64,000 nt of DNA from Psammoneis japonica (GCA_008632985.1 QPGO01000183.1:1-64000); one strand, 5' to 3'. Positions 36,630 through 48,929 are shown, counted from the stretch's first letter. Numbers and translations are program-made. Notes: generated from the letters alone by a model not told the origin.

Positions 36630-39600
36630 GTGCGCCAACAGTTTGTCCAAACAAACACTTGCAGGCACCACAACAGGGGCAGCATTGTGCAATGTCTGAT
36701 GTCAGCATCAGCAATCTGCTGCACTGCAGATGTCCAAGAGGCATTGTCTCCCACACAAGCAAGCTGCCACTGTGTTTCATGGATTTGAAGCTGAGTGGTT
36801 GGAGAAAGCACATGACACCACTCCTTCAAACCACCAGGAAGAAGCTGTCTTGAAGCAGAAGATGCAAGAATTTGCAGCTGCAGCTGTGCCAGGAAAAGTT
36901 GCAAAGAGCAAAATGAGCTGGGCACTTTCCACAGCAAGGAAAAAATGGCAACATCTTGCCCCAAAACAAGGGCTTTTGCAAAGGATCTCCCACCAAACAT
37001 TTGGCAAAAGCCAGGGCTTGCAATGCAAAACACCACCTTGTTGACCACTCACATCACAAAAAGATGGAGCAAATGAAAGCCAATGACATTTTGACCCAGT
37101 CAGGAGCCACTGCTTCCAATGACTGGGCTCTGCCACTTGATGTTTCTCCTTGGATGCTGCCCAATCTGTTCATTGTTTTTGATGATTCACACTGCCCCTC
37201 CTGCTGTGCTGAGCCTTTGCCCAATCATGTGGCACAGAGGCACTTGCCATCAAATTTCTGCATGGTGCACAGAAAGTGGCTGGATCTGCTGGTTTTCCAA
37301 CTTTTGATGACCCTGGCCAACCTGTTGCCAGATTGTTGGACAGCGCTGTTGAACCTTTGAACACTCTTCACAGAACTCTTCCAGGATCTTCCACAGATGG
37401 CTTGGATGTCCATGATGACACAACCAAGCAGACATCTGATTCCTCTGGGAAGAGCTCTGACATCCCCAACAAACGTGTCACTGAGTCATTGGATGACACC
37501 ACAGAAGAGCCAATTTGTCCCAAATTTTGCAGCACAGAAGAGCTGCCAGAATCTGCAAGGGACAGTTTGGATGTCCCAAATGCTGCAACCAAACAGATGG
37601 CTGATTTGCTCAAGAACATTTCCGAGAACCTGCCTGACAATCTGCCAACAAGAAAAAGTCCTCATCCCAAACCGAGGTGGCATCCAACAGCACAGTGATT
37701 TGTCCTTGTTGACAGGAATTGAGGTCATGACTGAATTTGCTCCTGGGGTGGCAACAATGCATTGTGGAGCAACACCACATGTGGCGCCTCCCTTTGTGCA
37801 CAGCAAATGGCCCAACACACCAGTGCTTTGTCTTTGCCAAAAAAAAAATGGGCAAATTGCATGTCATCCATGCAGGAGCAAAATTGGATCCAGAGAAAAT
37901 GCTGAACAAAGCCTGCTCAAGAGGAGCATGAGTCCATGGATGCATCAGAGCCATTTTTGTTGTTGAAAAAAGATTGCGGACAGCATGGCAGAATCTTTTG
38001 TCTCGCGCCACTGCGCTCCCATCCATGAAGCAATCACAGTGCTGGTTCTTCCAATGCAGCAGGCTGATGCCAACGAACAGCCCAGGAATCTGGTGACTGC
38101 TGGTGTGGGCTGCCATCCGACAAACAACTCCAACTTGGTCCTTGCAAGAGAACGCTTGACTTCCAGCATTGGGCCCAACACCGGAGCACCTTGGCAGGTT
38201 TTTGCTTGACCCCAAGTCAGCTTTGGAGCTTTTTTCTCCACCACTTCTGATGAAAATTTTACTGTGCATCTGCAAAAATTCTAGAAGGGGAAGATGGCAC
38301 ATTCACCTGGGGCTGGGGCTTTGTCAGAGTTGCAAAGCCCCATCTGGCTCCAATTGCAGCTTGTCATTTTGCTGCAAAGTCCTTGACCCAACCCCTCTCA
38401 CAACAAAGCTTGTGCACAATCTCCTCTGTTGTTGCAATGAACAAATTGTTTCCCTCCAGTCATCACATTCTTTCTCAACCAAGACAATCTTGAACTTTGT
38501 CCCCAGTCAAAAATTGACCTTGCCTTGTCATTTGCATGCCTGGACAAGCCATGTCATCATCCTTCCTGCCACTCACAAATGTTCCTTGATTCGTGAAAAA
38601 GGTGGATCAGAACACATGCAACCTGGCTGAACAGCCACGAAAGAGGGCACACATGTGTCATGAAACACTGTTCTGGCAAATGTGTTCACACCCAACATGC
38701 AAGCCCTTTGGCAGAGACCTTCCCACATGCCCAGCTGTCACAGCTCAGAATCCATTTTCACAAATGTTGTCAGTGTTCTCTCCAGTCCAAAGACAGCTGT
38801 CATTTCCTTGTGCATGGGGCCTGAGCACTTGCAGATTGCCTCCTCATTGCACTCATTTGGCTCCAAGTGGAACTTCAAATGGTGGGGCAACTCTTGCCCA
38901 AACCACTCTCATTGCAACTCCTCTTCTCACAGCCCCTCTTCTTGCAACTTTGTGGGAATGCAGCACCCCACCTCCTCACACATGTTGGTCAGTTTGATCC
39001 TTGCCTTGTGCACCACAACAAGCCAAAGGCCAAACTTGCACATTCTTGCATGCATTGCCACAAGCCCAGCCTCACCACCGCTGCAATTGAGAACAATGTG
39101 TTGAGAGAGACAAGGAGACAATGAGTTGGCAAGTTTCTTTTGTGGTGAAAACAGTGCACAACAAACAAGGAACATCATGAATGGGGTCAAGACATCCATC
39201 TCCAGCCGCCCAACCCCAAAGGGGTTTGGCAAGGCATCTGCTTTGCCGCAGAAGCAACGATGGCAGAAATGCAACTTTCAGCAAGCCCTTTCTTTCAAAT
39301 CAGTCCTGACTCAAGGACTCAAGATTTGTTGTTGATTGATGCACAAAAAGCACAGGTGAGTGCCCCTCACCCCAATTGAAAACTTGATTTTTGGCAACAA
39401 GCATCAGCATTGGATGTTTGCTCCTCCATTGTCTTTCCATGCAATTGCAGACAAAAGAGCAACTGGTCAGCGCTGACTTCCCTCACAAAGCGCCTGCTGA
39501 ACATGAAGTGAGAACAAAAATTGCACTGCACTCACATGTGTTGATGGCAGTGAGTGAGGAAAAGCATGGGCATGTTTGGGAGGAGGCATTTTCTGTTGAC

Positions 39601-42350
39601 ATTTGCAGCAGGGCAAACGTGCACAATGGACATCATGATTCAGCTGCACTTGCCAATTTTTAAAATCACAAATGATGTCATGCTGAAAAAGCACACAAAC
39701 TCCACAACACACCACCAAAAAATGAGCTTGCATCCAACTGAAAATGTGCCGTGTGCCAATGCAATGGCACAAATGAACAGTGTCAACAATGAATTTCAGC
39801 TTGATTTGTCTTTGGGTTTGGATGTGTGTGTCAGCACACCTCTTGTTGGTTGCATCTTGTCTGCCTTGCTTGTGCACTTGCTTCTTGTTTCTGTGTCCTC
39901 TGTCTTGTGTTTCAAGCCTCAAAAAGAGCTCCTTGCATCTGTTCCAATGTGGAGTTGCTGACATCAAAGACAACAGCAACCACAATCCAGCACCAAACAT
40001 GAGCAGCGCTGATCTGCCCATGGGCTTAAAGCAAGTTGACACACATTGCACTGCAGCCAGCATCAAGAGTTGGCAGCCTGAGTGAGCTCTTGGGATGCGC
40101 GCTGCTCACAAGTTTGTTTCCTTGCCATTGTCTGTTGTCTCTCATCCAATTTTTACATCCATGTGATGCAGTTCTGTGAGAAGTTGCCCCCATTCTCAAG
40201 CACTGGTTGGCCAATCATGCTGTTTGACAAATGGCAAGCAGCCAACCCAAGAAGGCAATTGATGCTGTCTCTTGGATGCTGCTTGTTGCGCCAGTGCTCT
40301 GAGGTCACACCTTCTTGCTGGGCTTGATTTGAGTCCAAATTGGTGGCAGTTGCCAAACATTGAGCTGCCCCAGTTCTTGAGGAATGTGACAATCAGCATG
40401 AGATCACCATGGTCAGTGCTGATTTTGCAGAGTGCGCTCCTCTCTTAAAAGAAAGCTCTGTCAATCAAGGCTCTGCCCTGTCCTGCAAAAAACAAGTGCA
40501 CCTTGGCCTGTTGGGGTGCCTTTGATGGATTTGTTGCAAATGCTTTTTTGCCAGGTGATTTGTGCAACACTGGCAAGTTCTCTTGGCACTTGTTGGCGTG
40601 GCTTGCATTGCCACTGTTCTTGTCTTCCAGATTCTGTCATGTCAGCCTTTGTGGATTGCTTGCAAGTGAGCGGGGTCATGTTCATCACACACACACACAC
40701 CCTTGGCACTGGTTTTCTTTTAAAGTCACATGCAGGGAATGCCAGTGCTGTTCCGCGTCTCTCGCTCACAAGGAGCAAGTTGAAGAAACTTGAAAGCAGC
40801 CAATCTTTGGACTTTGCTCAGTGGACAGAGAACTGCTGGATGACAATGAAAGGACATTGGTGGTGGACACCCATTTTGCATGCCAGCGCAACATGCATTT
40901 TGGCTGGACTCCATTCATGAAACATTTGTTTGCTGGATCTGGCACCCTTGATGTGAGATGGCTCCCATGCTTCTCACATTTTAGAAAGAAGTTTTGGCCA
41001 CAACGGATGCTCTGACAGCTCAACTGGATTTCTTGCTTTTTGGAAGAGAGTCAATGGAATCAAAAGAGCAGCAGTCAGAGCACCTGCTGCATTCTCTGTT
41101 GTTGGAACAAAACCAAGAGGAATCTGAGCTTGAGCCCAACAACTTGACAAATGCATTTTCAGGATGATTTGCTGTCAACAGCGTGTTTGATGGACTCTCT
41201 TGTGGTCGCAGGTGCTTTCATCATGGCTGTCTTTCCAGCACTTGTCCTCTCCTTCACTTGTGTTGACAACATCAAGATTGCAGGCAGATGTGAATGAACA
41301 CCACCTGCCCATCATTGCTGAGTGCCCCCAAGTCCCATCTGCTGACCACCGTGGAAGCTCAGCAAAACCAAGGCATCCACATTGACCACACATGTGGAGA
41401 ACCATGTTGTCAATGCCAGTTGTTTCTGTTGTGATCAGAGCAGCAGTTTTGAGACATTCAAGTGCTCAGCGCAACACAAAGCCCCGTGAACTGTGGAAAT
41501 TTGTTGAGCAGGGGGGTCTTTTGCCCCACAGTTTGGGCAGAGAGATGTTTTTGTCATTCTGCGGGCATGAACCAAGGCAGCTGTGCCTGAGAAGGGGGTG
41601 CCGTGTTGTTGAGCCCACCTTTTGCACCGCTTTGCAGGGTCTCACACCCTTTCTCACCTTGAGCGTCGCTCTTTTCTTTTTTAGTTTGGCATCTCTTGTT
41701 CAACTTCTTTCAGACTTTGATGGATGTCAAAGTCACTGACCACTCACCCCCTGTCCTGCAGGAAGGCATGCCTGTTGCAGCCTTGTCAACAGAGTCATGG
41801 CTCCAGTGCTTGCCTCCATTCTGTGTCTTGCGCAGTGCAAACTTTGGCAATTTCCAGGGTTTCTTCCAGGGCTGGCCAAAAATGAAATGCTGTGGCAAAG
41901 GTCGCAGATTGACCCTGCATTTGTTGTTGAGGGGCACTCTTCCTCCAACTGAGAAAAATTCAACACACCAAATGCCCCTGCTGCTGCTGTTCATTGGCTT
42001 GCATTTGCACACTCATTTTCATCAACACAGCCCAGCAATTCTCGGTCTTGGCACAACCTCAATGCGTTCCTCTGATTGTTGGGTAAAAATTTAACACATC
42101 CAATGCATCCAATGCTTTTGCTGCAACTGCTCTCATTGGTTGATGTTTGCACATTCATTTTCTGCAGTTGTGCCCAGAAGCCTCAATCTCTGTGCAGCAA
42201 TTCTCAACCTCTGCCCGCCAGCATCAACACATTCCTCCAATTGTTGGGCAAAAATTCAGCACATTCCCCCCAATGAAAATGTTCTTATGCATCATGTTAA
42301 TGCAGTTAGACAACAAGCACAGTGCTTGACAAGACTGCCCTGTTGAGTCT
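36630..42350. other. highly decayed TA- and CG-poor DNA, probably old repeat or pseudogene relic
   Basis: Very few TA and few CG dinucleotides, TG/CA-rich; no domain recognisable by eye. Confidence 0.6.
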
Positions 42351-42576
42351 CGCCTCCGAGTTTCACACGCCACGATGGTGCGGAGTGTTGTCGGGTGCAG
42401 ACGCTGTAAAAGTAGAAGATGGGAGGGGTGCCGGTACGACGGACGGGCGCCGGGCTGCGACCCGCCCGCCCATCCATGTCATGTTGTCATGTTGAATGTG
42501 TGTGCTGCAAGTGCTGAGTGTCATTGAATGTCAACCACCAAAAACACCTGTCAAACTGAAATAAAACATAACGACC

Positions 42577-44297
42577 ATGGCGACACCGAGCCGACGTCGT
42601 TTCGTGTTGCTGTTGCTAGTGGCACTTGCCGTGCTGAGTCTCGCATCGGCATCAAATAATAATGACTCCTACTACAAGGTCAAATCAATTGTTGCTCATC
42701 ACGAGGTGCCAAGCAACAATGATAGTAAGCGACCCTTTGTCGTTCCTAGCGGTGGTGCCAAGGCAACACAAGAAGCAACAACAACACAAGGCGCATCGAT
42801 TCCCAATGAAATTTTTAATCTAGTAAAGGCCATCGTTGGAGTGGGAGTGTTGAGCTTGCCCGCAGGTAAGAAGTATACAGTAATAACAGGCTATTGTCTG
42901 ACTGTCTGACACTCAGCGTCACTCATAAATCTCGTCTATGCATACGTTTTCATGTACAGGAATTGCTGCCTTTGGAAACAACGCATCCGCCTTAATTCCG
43001 GCTCTCAGTCTCATTGCCGTTATTGGTATTCTAAGTGGCTTTGGGTTTGCTATTATCGGCCGTGTCTGCGCCTACACGGAATCCACCTCGTATCGCGAGG
43101 CATGGACCAATTCGGTTGGCTCCAAAACGAGTTGGATCCCCGCGTGGTCCACCACTCTGAAAACCCTCTTTGCGTGCTTGGCCTTCAGCATGGTATTGGG
43201 GGATTCCATTTCGGGATTGATTGGTCAGCCCCGAAACGCATCCTTGGTGGTTGTGACGCTGTTAGGTATGTTTGTGCAGAAGGATTGTTGGTGCTCCCTC
43301 TGACCTCTCGTGTCATACGTCATACATCCCTCACTCACTTCATGCTTGTTTGTATGGTTAGTGCTACTGCCTCTGTGTTTGCTAAAGGATTTGAAATCGT
43401 TAGCACCCTTTTCGCTTGTCGGCGTGTGTGGAATGGCGTATACCGGTTTGGCCATGACGGTTCGATACTTGGATGGATCCTACACCATGCCGGATGGAGC
43501 CTTGATCAAGGACGTGTCGGACCCAGCGTTGCTTCCCAAATTTGGTGATTTAGGCGCATCGGCCGCACTCGGCTCCAAGGCGTTGATCCTCGTGTGCATG
43601 CTCAGCACGGCCTACATGGCACACTTTAATGCACCCAAATTCTACTTGGAGCTGCACAACAACACGATTCCTCGGTTCAATACGGTCGTGTCGTGGAGTT
43701 TTGGTTTGTCCATTCTCCTCATGGGATTCATTACTGCCGTGGGATTTAAAACCTTTGGTGAAGCGTGTTCGGGTTTGGTCTTGAACAATTATGCGTCGAC
43801 CGACGTGTGGATGAGTGGATCGCGTATTGCTGTTGCTATATCCTTGATTTTCTCGTAAGTACGGAGAGCAAGAAAATTTCGTAAGCACAATCGTACAGTA
43901 GTGCCAAGCTCATACACGTTTTCGTCCTCCTCTTCTCTATCGCAGGTATCCGTTGGCATTCACCGGATGCCGTGATGGTTTCTTGGATTTGCTGCAGGTG
44001 GATCCAGAAAAGCGAACGCCTGCCATGCTCAATCTATTGACTGTAATCTTGTTGGCCGCAATCACCTTGGGAGCTTGTGTTCTCCAAGATGTGTCGCTTG
44101 TTTTGGCACTTGCGGGAGCGACATTGGGAAATGCCTTGACGTATGTCTACCCGGCAATCATGTACCGCTCCGTTGTCAAGGACCAAGGACGAGAGGGTGA
44201 GAATTTACAAGTGTCGGCGTCCATGGTTTCGGCTGTGTTGGGAATTGTCATGGGAGCTATTGGTGCGAAAATGGCGTTGGCAAATGCTAAAAAGTAA
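42577..44297 (+). CDS. amino-acid transporter (Aa_trans/AAAP family), 4 exons: 42577-42865, 42960-43265, 43362-43854, 43946-44297
   Basis: FNLVKAIVGVGVLSLP, LLPLCLLKDLKSLAPFS, AYMAHFNAP, SYPLAF motifs; GT-AG introns keep the frame; multiple transmembrane segments. Confidence 0.92.
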
Positions 44298-44543
44298 GAA
44301 CAGGAGCAAGACGTGTGTATCGCGGCTTTCTTGCTAATCAAAGCTACAAGGAGATTGATATATATCAAATGATACTGCATATGTTGTGAACGGTCTATAC
44401 TGATTGGGACAATTGGGATGATTGCTGGTGCGAATGTAAACTCGGAATAGTTAAAAGCCGAATTGTTACTTGTCCCTCATACGCCTATTGTAAGCCACTC
44501 AGTTCCAAAGTCGTCGCACATGATAATGACAGTGTGAGGACCT

Positions 44544-47500
44544 TCAGGCCGTCTCTGTGACGTTCAAAATTCGAATAATGCTGTCAAGATTGCCGTCGTC
44601 GGTGCTTTGATGCATTGCCTCGTTGTAGTACCACAGAAACTCTTGTTCACTCGGAGATCGACGTGCAATGGGATTGGAAGAACAAAAGCAGGCATCCTCT
44701 TCCACGAGACGAGTTCCCGGCGAATCAGCGGCTTCCTCTTTAGCAGGCGGCTGGCCATGGCCGCTAAACAGTCGAGAATCAGAGCCGCACCCTTTGCATG
44801 TCCAGCTGGTGGTGAATCGAAAGACGCGTTGCCGTCCCAACCTTCGTGTCGACGTGTCATGTATCTTGCTAAACTTTGCGCTTTGGACAATGCGAAAGTT
44901 TTCATCGCAGTAGAGAGATGCCAAGCGGTTATACGTCTCGACAAGATTTCTCTCGAGCACTGGTTGCTCGATCCGATTCACATGATTGTGAAGGCTCATT
45001 TCGATGTAAACCTTCGTTTCGATTTCCCTGTCCTGGCCACTGCAATCGACCTCGCCAACGTCAGACATTGCTTCAGTTGCCACAACATTCGTAACGGAGC
45101 CGCTCTTGACCAAATCTTCAATTACTTCATTGAATGACTCAACGGCTTCTTCAGCGGTAGGAGCTCTGCGGTCAGAATCATATGGGCAGCTACAATGTGT
45201 TCCCGAAAGATTGCGGAGATGATTCGCTCCATCAACAAAGAACGAAAGCGCCCTTTGGTTTCTTTTCCTTCTTGCGACAGTCGAACTGTCATCAAATAGA
45301 GCTGACTTTCTCTTACATCCGCGGCACCGACCTCTGACTCTGTACCGCCACTTGAAGTCATGCGTCGCTCTGGCTTTGATTTCCAATCTTTCTGATGTGT
45401 CTCCTTCTGGAACAATCTCGACCTCATCAACGAAACGAAACATGGTATCACACAAGTCGTCGTTACCAGCATTCAAGTTATTGTACAAATCCGTAAACTC
45501 TTGTTGCATCACTTGAATCTCTGATTGACTAACCTTTGTAGGATCTCCGCCGTGAATAACGACGACATCGGTTTCAAATTCAGTTTCGTCGGGACAGGCT
45601 ACGACTTCATCTGCCGGAGTCATTGCAAGACCAAAACCAACATAAGCTTCAATAGCATCATTGAAGAAGGACATGAATTCATCCATGCTTGGGGATCGAA
45701 AAGCCACAGGTTCCGCCGAGCAGAAACATTTGTCTTCCTCTACGAGGCTCGTACCGGTCAAACTCATGTCATCGATAGAGTTTATTGGAAGACCCCACTT
45801 GCTAAATAGCTCAGAGCCAGGTCCACATCCTTTGCACGTCCAGGTGGCGGCAAAGCGATTGCCGTCCAATTTACTGAACTGAGCACGAATGACTCTTCGA
45901 AAGCCAGCGTCGCAATAGTATGACGCAAGTTTGTTGTACTCTTCAACAAAAATGGTCTCAAGCACCGACTCATCCCTTCGTCCTGTGCGATCGAGGAGAG
46001 AACTGTCAATCTCGATTTCTGTTTCGAATGTTTTTTCTGTACCGCTGCAGTCAACTGCTTCCACGTCGTTAATAGACTCGATCGAGACTACGTTGCTTAG
46101 AGTACCGCTGTTAATGAGACCCTCAATTTCGTTGTTGAATGAATCTACTGCTTCTCCAGTGGCCGGTCGCCGTTGCACTGCCTCCGTTGGACAGCCACAG
46201 TTATCTGGAAGACGACGATGCACCGAAACATCAATAGCAAACTCAAGCACCTGCCTTCGTTGCTTCTTTTCTGCATCTGACGCGTCATTAAACAGCTGTG
46301 ACTTTCTGTTGCACCCTCGGCACCTACCCTTCACTTTGTAGCGCCACTTGAACCTCTTTTTCTTCTTTGTAGCAATCGCAAGCCTCGCAGATGTGTCAAC
46401 TTCGGGAACGATGTCAACATTATCAACAACATGATGATACTCATCACACACATCATCTTTGTCTGTGTTCAGATGATTGTATATCTCTAGAAACGCCTTT
46501 TCTAGAGCACCAAGCTCAGCGGAGCTTAAATCGTTCGGATCACCGAAATGCTCTACAACAATGTCAGTTTCAAATTCTGTTTCGCCCGGACATAAAGAGA
46601 TAGCTCCTTCATCTATGCTCTTCCTGACGACATCATTGAAAAACCACATAAACTCCTCCCTGCTAGGAGATCGGAATGCAACGGGATTTGTTGAACAAAA
46701 ACATTTATCGTCTTCCGCAAGACTAGCCCCGGTTAATGGTATCCCCTCAATAGAATCAGCGGGGGCACCACGGTTGCTGAAAAGCTCAGAATTCGGTCCG
46801 CATCCCTTACAGGTCCATGTGACCGCGAAGCGTTTGCCTTCAAGCTTGCCGAATTGCATATCTAGAACCCTTCGGAAGCCTGCGTCGCAGTAGAACGAAG
46901 CTAAGCGGTTATAGGCGTCAACAAATAGATTTTGAAGCACCAACTGATCGTTTTGACTCAGTGGATCTGGTAGCTCTGTTTCAATGTCAAGCCCGACCTC
47001 TGTCTCGAACACTTTTTCTTTTGCACTGCAATCGATTTCTCGCACGTCGCTGATAGACTCTACAGAGACTACACTGCGAAGAGTATCTCTCTTTATGCCA
47101 TCCTGGATATTTTCATTAAACACCTCGGCTGCTTCAAGAGCGGTAGGAGACCTTCGAACCGAATTGGCAGGACATTCGCAAGCATCAGAGAGGCCTCGGT
47201 TACCGGTATTGTCTTTCCGTGTCTCAAGCGACATGAGTTCTCTTACTTTGCTCCTTTTCTTTGTTGTCGAAGAATCGTCAAAAAGCCTACCGTTCCTTCG
47301 GCAACCCCGACATCTTCCTCGGGTCCTATAACGAACTTGAAACTCTCTTCGCTGTCTGTTCATTCCGATCGCTCGTCTCCCGGAGATTTCAGTGTCAATG
47401 ATGAGTTCTACATCGTCCACAATGCGAAAGAAAGGATCGCAAACGTTTTCATTCTTCTCATTCAGACCATTATAACCTTTCATGAATTCTTTTTCTAGTG

Positions 47501-48929
47501 CATTGATTTCATAGGGACTGAGGCCGTTTGGATCACCGCTGTGCATTACAACGACATCAGCTTCAAACTCAGTTTCATCAGCGCATTCTTCATTATCGGA
47601 AAAGTTTATCTTCGACACAGTTTGAATGTTTGGGAGCAGATCTGATTTAGGTGACTTTCGTATAGCATCCTCAAAAGATTTTCGAAATTCTTCAGTTGTG
47701 AGATCCCCTTTAGCACAATCCTGAGCTCTTTCTGGGCGAGGCTTCTTTGTTGGCCTGGAAGTTGGCGCGGATGTAGGCTCTGGCGTGGGCGTTTGCGTGG
47801 GTTCAGGTGTAGGTGGAGCGGTCGGTCGAGAAGTTCTTGGTATTCTCGTAGGCTTTGGTGTTGGTGTCGGCCGCAGAGTTCTAGGTGGCCTCGTTGGTTT
47901 CCATGTTGAAGTTGGACGTGGCGTTCTTGGCGCTCTTGTGGGTTTCTGTGTCGCTGTTGGTAATGGAGTAGGACGGGTTGTTAAAGTTGGATACGGAGTC
48001 GGCCGTGGTGGAGCTGGCTCTATTCGTTGATCTCTTGGTCGGGGCCTTGATGAAGCTGATTCTATTCGTTGATCTTTCGGTCGGGGTCGACGTGTCCTGC
48101 CGGTTTTCCCATTCGGTTTTTTACAATTCTTTTTCGGCCGTTTCCTTCTTTTCTTTACTTGGTTGCTCGCTTTGTTTTCATATCTATTGTAGTTGTAAGC
48201 GTATTTTGTTCCACCCTTTCCTTTTGATGGTCTCGGTGCATTATTCCATTTAAGGTAAGCAATCTTTCGTTGATGTTGGTAGACTCGCCCTTTGCGCTGA
48301 AATATTTGTTTTGCGAGCGTTTCCGTCGTGCTGTTGCCAGCAGCTAGTAAAAACCGATCAAAAGCATTTTCAGAAGCGAGATCGCTAAAGAGAAGAACGT
48401 CGGGATCACATCCACAACATCGCCCTCGTATTCTTGAGCGATACGAGAACTTAGTTTTCGTGGGGTCGTTCTCATTTTGTGATAATACTTTGTACCCATT
48501 CTCTATAAAAACCTTTTCCAACTCAGGTATACCTTGCCTATTGCATCTTTTTGATGTTAAATCTTCATACACATCATAAAAAATGGCTTCAAGAGAGCGC
48601 AGTTCTAACTGATGAACGTCGTCCGGGCGACCAGTGAGTTGGATTGAAAGGTGATTTTCAAAGGATTTGCAGCTCGATAGTTCCCTGTTAGCACCGTGCC
48701 CAGCTATTTTCAGTCTTCTTGTTCTTTGTGCAAAATCCTTTTCAAAGTCCACGTTTGAGCGAAGTGAATCCCCGGACGATTTATCGAACAGGAAGCAGCA
48801 TACAAGGCATGACAATATCTTCCGAGTTCTTCTTTGCGTAGGTTTCGGAAACTTCGTATTCAGACCCATCGTTGTCTTCTTTCCAAAAGCAAAACTATCT
48901 AACAAGGAAAAGAGTGAGAAGGCCTGCAT
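44544..48929 (-). CDS. large single-exon Cys-rich, probably secreted protein with a Pro/Thr-rich tract and three ~330-aa repeats (start ATG 48929 or 48869)
   Basis: Uninterrupted ORF of >1400 codons with normal Tyr use; repeats begin C..ETEFE at ~47590, ~46595 and ~45600; N-terminal hydrophobic stretch. Confidence 0.88.
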   Translation of the reverse strand: MQAFSLFSLLDSFAFGKKTTMGLNTKFPKPTQRRTRKILSCLVCCFLFDKSSGDSLRSNVDFEKDFAQRTRRLKIAGHGANRELSSCKSFENHLSIQLTGRPDDVHQLELRSLEAIFYDVYEDLTSKRCNRQGIPELEKVFIENGYKVLSQNENDPTKTKFSYRSRIRGRCCGCDPDVLLFSDLASENAFDRFLLAAGNSTTETLAKQIFQRKGRVYQHQRKIAYLKWNNAPRPSKGKGGTKYAYNYNRYENKASNQVKKRRKRPKKNCKKPNGKTGRTRRPRPKDQRIESASSRPRPRDQRIEPAPPRPTPYPTLTTRPTPLPTATQKPTRAPRTPRPTSTWKPTRPPRTLRPTPTPKPTRIPRTSRPTAPPTPEPTQTPTPEPTSAPTSRPTKKPRPERAQDCAKGDLTTEEFRKSFEDAIRKSPKSDLLPNIQTVSKINFSDNEECADETEFEADVVVMHSGDPNGLSPYEINALEKEFMKGYNGLNEKNENVCDPFFRIVDDVELIIDTEISGRRAIGMNRQRREFQVRYRTRGRCRGCRRNGRLFDDSSTTKKRSKVRELMSLETRKDNTGNRGLSDACECPANSVRRSPTALEAAEVFNENIQDGIKRDTLRSVVSVESISDVREIDCSAKEKVFETEVGLDIETELPDPLSQNDQLVLQNLFVDAYNRLASFYCDAGFRRVLDMQFGKLEGKRFAVTWTCKGCGPNSELFSNRGAPADSIEGIPLTGASLAEDDKCFCSTNPVAFRSPSREEFMWFFNDVVRKSIDEGAISLCPGETEFETDIVVEHFGDPNDLSSAELGALEKAFLEIYNHLNTDKDDVCDEYHHVVDNVDIVPEVDTSARLAIATKKKKRFKWRYKVKGRCRGCNRKSQLFNDASDAEKKQRRQVLEFAIDVSVHRRLPDNCGCPTEAVQRRPATGEAVDSFNNEIEGLINSGTLSNVVSIESINDVEAVDCSGTEKTFETEIEIDSSLLDRTGRRDESVLETIFVEEYNKLASYYCDAGFRRVIRAQFSKLDGNRFAATWTCKGCGPGSELFSKWGLPINSIDDMSLTGTSLVEEDKCFCSAEPVAFRSPSMDEFMSFFNDAIEAYVGFGLAMTPADEVVACPDETEFETDVVVIHGGDPTKVSQSEIQVMQQEFTDLYNNLNAGNDDLCDTMFRFVDEVEIVPEGDTSERLEIKARATHDFKWRYRVRGRCRGCKRKSALFDDSSTVARRKRNQRALSFFVDGANHLRNLSGTHCSCPYDSDRRAPTAEEAVESFNEVIEDLVKSGSVTNVVATEAMSDVGEVDCSGQDREIETKVYIEMSLHNHVNRIEQPVLERNLVETYNRLASLYCDENFRIVQSAKFSKIHDTSTRRLGRQRVFRFTTSWTCKGCGSDSRLFSGHGQPPAKEEAADSPGTRLVEEDACFCSSNPIARRSPSEQEFLWYYNEAMHQSTDDGNLDSIIRILNVTETA

